Positions 24,279 to 26,910 of a DNA stretch of 26,910 bases are shown here, piece after piece. Position 1 is the stretch's first letter. Each line of letters opens with the position of its first letter. The notes under the pieces are model-generated. The model saw nothing but the letters and a program-made list of their open reading frames with translations. It made no database searches and was not told the origin of the DNA. Made by a program: the position numbers and the translations under genes. This DNA is from Actinomycetes bacterium. GTDB taxonomy: Bacteria > Actinomycetota > Thermoleophilia > Solirubrobacterales > Solirubrobacteraceae. Location of the stretch: positions 1-26,910 of the forward strand of contig JBAXGJ010000001.1 of NCBI GenBank assembly GCA_037139475.1, written 5' to 3'.

Positions 24279-24548
24279 CTAGGCGGCGCGCGGTAGCGTC
24301 AAGCGACGAACGCTGATGCCGTGCTCTACGTGATCGACCGGCGCGGTTGCGCGGGGAGAACCGCCGTGCTTCGTGCGGCAGAGCGAGCAGACTGAGCCAT
24401 CGTCGAACTCAAAAACCTGCTCACCGGTAAGTGGCACGCGGCCACAGTCGGCGCAATGAAGCTCGGCGGCGACGCGCGTGTCGTGCCCCTTGCGCAGCAG
24501 CCTGATCTCCAGTTCCGGCTCTCCGAGCAGCTGATTCCAACTAAGCAT
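24279..24548 (-). CDS. Small C4 zinc-finger protein (CxxC-x18-CxxC)
   Basis: 89 aa from the ATG at 24548 (start uncertain; the ORF-track start at 24695 overlaps the FHA gene). Contains CADCGRVPLTGEQVFEFDDGSVCSLC, with Cys codons spanning 24378-24455. Confidence 0.65.
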   Translation of the reverse strand: MLSWNQLLGEPELEIRLLRKGHDTRVAAELHCADCGRVPLTGEQVFEFDDGSVCSLCRTKHGGSPRATAPVDHVEHGISVRRLTLPRAA

Positions 24549-24653
24549 TTGGCCTATTTTCGGCGCCCGCAGTGGTTTTCCTGCCAACAATTGTGGTCGC
24601 ATTGACAGCGGGCGTAGGATTGACCCGCTAGCTCGAACGATTGGACGGTTGCA

Positions 24654-25115
24654 ATGAGCGCAGATGATCAGCTCGACCTCACCACCGCGGCCCACTCGCC
24701 CGCGCCGTCAGCGCTAACGCAGGCAGGCGAGTCTGAAGCCGAACTGGTCGATGCAGTCCGAGCCGCGTTGACGCAGGCCGGTGACTACTTGGTCTTCAGC
24801 GAAGGCGACGAGCTACGCGTCGTCGCTCTGGTCGGTGACTGGACGCGGATCGGTCGAAGCACCGCTGCCGATATTCGTTTCGATGATCCGACTGTTTCGC
24901 GCCGCCACGCGCTGATCATCCGCGAAGGTGACGCGCTGAAACTGGTCGACGACAGCAGCCTCAACGGGATCTTCGTTGATCGAGTGAGGATCGATCGCTA
25001 CACACTCGTTGACGGCGACAGCTTCTTTATCGGCCGCTACCAAATGAACTTCATCAGCGTCACTGCTGACGTCGCAGCCAAGGGCTCCGCGCCGCCCGAT
25101 TCGCTGCCCGTCTAA
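24654..25115 (+). CDS. FHA domain protein
   Basis: 153 aa. The phosphothreonine-binding signature is intact: IGRS (GR), DPTVSRRHA (SxxH), SLNGIFV (NG), then DGDSFFIGRY. About 45-aa N-terminal extension. Confidence 0.92.
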   Translation: MSADDQLDLTTAAHSPAPSALTQAGESEAELVDAVRAALTQAGDYLVFSEGDELRVVALVGDWTRIGRSTAADIRFDDPTVSRRHALIIREGDALKLVDDSSLNGIFVDRVRIDRYTLVDGDSFFIGRYQMNFISVTADVAAKGSAPPDSLPV

Positions 25116-25126
25116 ACTCGCTGCAG

Positions 25127-25918
25127 ATGGCGATTACGATCTCGGTCCTGAGCCAGAAAGGCGGGACAGGCAAGACAACGACGGTCCGTCACCTCGTTGG
25201 TGCCTTCCGCGAAACGGGACTGCGCGTGCTTGCCGTTGACCTGGACCCGCAGGGCAACCTCTCCGACTACTTCGACATCGACCCCGAAGCCGAACCGACG
25301 ATCGGCGACGTGCTCTCGGGCCGCGCCACTGCGAGCGCCGCGATCGTTGACGACGTGATCCCGGCAAACCTCAGCCTGGCCGAGGCTGAGATCACGCTGG
25401 CCGGCAAGATGGGGCGCGAGCTAACGCTGCGCGGAGCGCTCGCCGAGGTTGACGACCGTTACGACGTGATCTTCATCGACTGCCCCCCTGCCCTCGGCCT
25501 GCTGACCGTTAACGCGCTCGTTGCCGCCGACCAAGCGCTGCTCAGCAGCGAAGCGCAGTATTTCGCGCTGCAGGGAGTTGAGCAGGCGCTCGAAGTGATC
25601 GAACTCGCGCGCGACAGCCTCAACCCCGATCTGCAGTGGCTCGGCGTTCTTTTCAACATCGCCGACATGCGAACCGTTCATTCACGCGAAGCATTTGAAG
25701 CGTTGCGCGAGCACGTCGGCGACCGCCTACTCGACCAGACCGTGCGCCAGTCGATCGCTTACGCCGAATCGGCCGAGCGGGCAACGCCAATCTTCGAGCA
25801 CCGCCCCGACCTTGGCTCTGACTACCTACTGGTCGCCGCTGAGCTACTAAAACGGCTCGGCCTCTACGAGCAGAGCGCGCAGATCGCCGCTCGCGTACCG
25901 GCCGAAGCCGGCGCCTAG
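25127..25918 (+). CDS. ParA/Soj/MinD-family ATPase (orphan, no ParB in window)
   Basis: 263 aa. Deviant Walker A QKGGTGKTT, DLDPQGN, IDCPPALGLLTVNAL and EAQYFALQG. Starts 11 nt after the FHA gene stop. Confidence 0.93.
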   Translation: MAITISVLSQKGGTGKTTTVRHLVGAFRETGLRVLAVDLDPQGNLSDYFDIDPEAEPTIGDVLSGRATASAAIVDDVIPANLSLAEAEITLAGKMGRELTLRGALAEVDDRYDVIFIDCPPALGLLTVNALVAADQALLSSEAQYFALQGVEQALEVIELARDSLNPDLQWLGVLFNIADMRTVHSREAFEALREHVGDRLLDQTVRQSIAYAESAERATPIFEHRPDLGSDYLLVAAELLKRLGLYEQSAQIAARVPAEAGA

Positions 25919-25924
25919 CGGCGG

Positions 25925-26776
25925 CTAGAGCTCTTTAACGTCGGCGCCGCCCGGCTCAAAGCGAACGCGCTTAACCTGCGCCCACTCGCCGGCCTCGGCG
26001 CTCAGCGCCTCGACGACGCCGCCGGTCGTGTCAAAGGTCGTCCAAACAAGAACCGTTGGCCCGGCGCCGGAGAGCGTCGCGCCGAGCGCGCCGAACTCTT
26101 TAGCGCGCGCGATCAACTGATACGAGCGCGGGTAGAGCGGGCCGCGGTAGGTCTGATGAAGGCGATCGTCGAGGCCACGACCGATCAGCTCAAAGTCGCC
26201 GCGCGCCAGTCCAAGCATCAACAAAGCGCCGTGGGCGACGTTGAAAACAGCGTCGGCGAGTGGCACCTGATCGGGCAGCGCGGCCCTCGCTTCGCGAGTT
26301 GCAACAGCTTCGTTTGGCACGACGAGCACAGCCTCAAGGCCGTCGGGCGGATCGAAGCGGGTCACCTCGCCGCCTGTCGTGACGACGAAGCCGCCGTGGA
26401 GCGCGGCCGCGACGTTGTCTGGATGACCGTCCAGTTCACTCCCAAGGGCCAAGAGGTCGGCGTCGAGTTCAAAGAGGTGGTCGGCCGCCATTAGCCCCGC
26501 GAGGTAGGCGGCGGCGCTGGTGCCAAGCCCGCCGCTGAGTGGAATCTCGGATCGGATTGTGAAGCTGAAGTCGTCGGGCGGGTGAAGCCTCTCGAAGCCG
26601 CGGACGACAAGATTGCGACGGTCGCGAGCGACCTCGAGGTCGGTCTCGACAGCGAAGCTGCCGGTCTCCGTCACCTCCAGCTCCATCGAAAGCGAAAGCG
26701 CAACGGCAAACGAATCGAAGCCGGGGCCAAGGTTGGCCGACGAGGCGGGAACTGTCACAAGGCGGCGCCGTTCCAT
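25925..26776 (-). CDS. thrB: Homoserine kinase
   Basis: 283 aa. Motifs PASSANLGPGFD, IPLSGGLGTSAA (GHMP), GHPDNVA and LSGAGPT. Follows thrC with a 2-nt gap. Confidence 0.96.
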   Translation of the reverse strand: MERRRLVTVPASSANLGPGFDSFAVALSLSMELEVTETGSFAVETDLEVARDRRNLVVRGFERLHPPDDFSFTIRSEIPLSGGLGTSAAAYLAGLMAADHLFELDADLLALGSELDGHPDNVAAALHGGFVVTTGGEVTRFDPPDGLEAVLVVPNEAVATREARAALPDQVPLADAVFNVAHGALLMLGLARGDFELIGRGLDDRLHQTYRGPLYPRSYQLIARAKEFGALGATLSGAGPTVLVWTTFDTTGGVVEALSAEAGEWAQVKRVRFEPGGADVKEL

Positions 26777-26778
26777 CG

Positions 26779-26910
26779 TCAGCCCCAGACGGCGGCTTCA
26801 ACCGCGGCCAGCTCTGGTTCGCAGGCAATTATCTCGCCGCCGACTTCGATCGCGGTTTCAGGATCTTTCAGCCCATGGCCGGTTAGAACGCAAACGATCC
26901 GCTCGACGCC
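26779..26910 (-). CDS. thrC: Threonine synthase, C-terminal 43 aa (truncated by the right edge)
   Basis: Manual translation GVERIVCVLTGHGLKDPETAIEVGGEIIACEPELAAVEAAVWG*. TGHGLKDP is the ThrC C-terminal signature, and it lies immediately upstream of thrB. Confidence 0.88.
   Translation of the reverse strand, partial: GVERIVCVLTGHGLKDPETAIEVGGEIIACEPELAAVEAAVWG

Noticed and set aside
25127-25918. Canonical chromosomal parABS locus
   Set aside because: No parB, no parS-like GTTTCACGTGAAAC palindrome seen, and no origin-region genes (dnaA, gidAB, rnpA) in the window.
1-26910. CRISPR arrays, tRNA/rRNA genes, IS elements, long repeats, riboswitches
   Set aside because: None seen by eye. Intergenic gaps (max 141 bp) leave little room. 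A small ncRNA cannot be excluded without an Infernal/Rfam scan.

Overview
This is a very compact, high-GC chromosomal window with 20 supportable CDSs, two of them truncated by the window edges. The gene set and sequence style suggest an actinobacterium, probably Thermoleophilia/Solirubrobacterales; that is inference, with no search run. In order: the partial N-terminus of a membrane-anchored protein (-), WS/DGAT acyltransferase (+), DUF59/SufT-type protein (-), fxsA (+), hypothetical protein (-), ECF sigma factor fused to a zinc anti-sigma (ZAS) motif and a long tail (-), DUF4395-like membrane protein (+), a gltB-gltD-flavin monooxygenase run with overlapping stops/starts (-), topB-addB-addA (-), class B-like penicillin-binding protein (+), lipoprotein, SRPBCC protein and small C4 zinc-finger protein (all -), FHA protein plus orphan ParA (+), and thrC (partial)-thrB (-). 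I saw no rRNA, tRNA, CRISPR array, integrase or transposase. Most of the window is housekeeping and I cannot claim a clearly new system. The best leads are: (i) the FHA + ParB-less ParA pair with a divergent stand-alone zinc-finger protein of ClpX-type Cys spacing; (ii) the one-component ECF-ZAS fusion; (iii) an AddAB with four-Cys Fe-S-staple patterns in both subunits, next to topoisomerase III; (iv) an FMO apparently translationally coupled to glutamate synthase; and (v) back-to-back TACAAT boxes, leaderless-type starts and five convergent junctions too short to hold a terminator.
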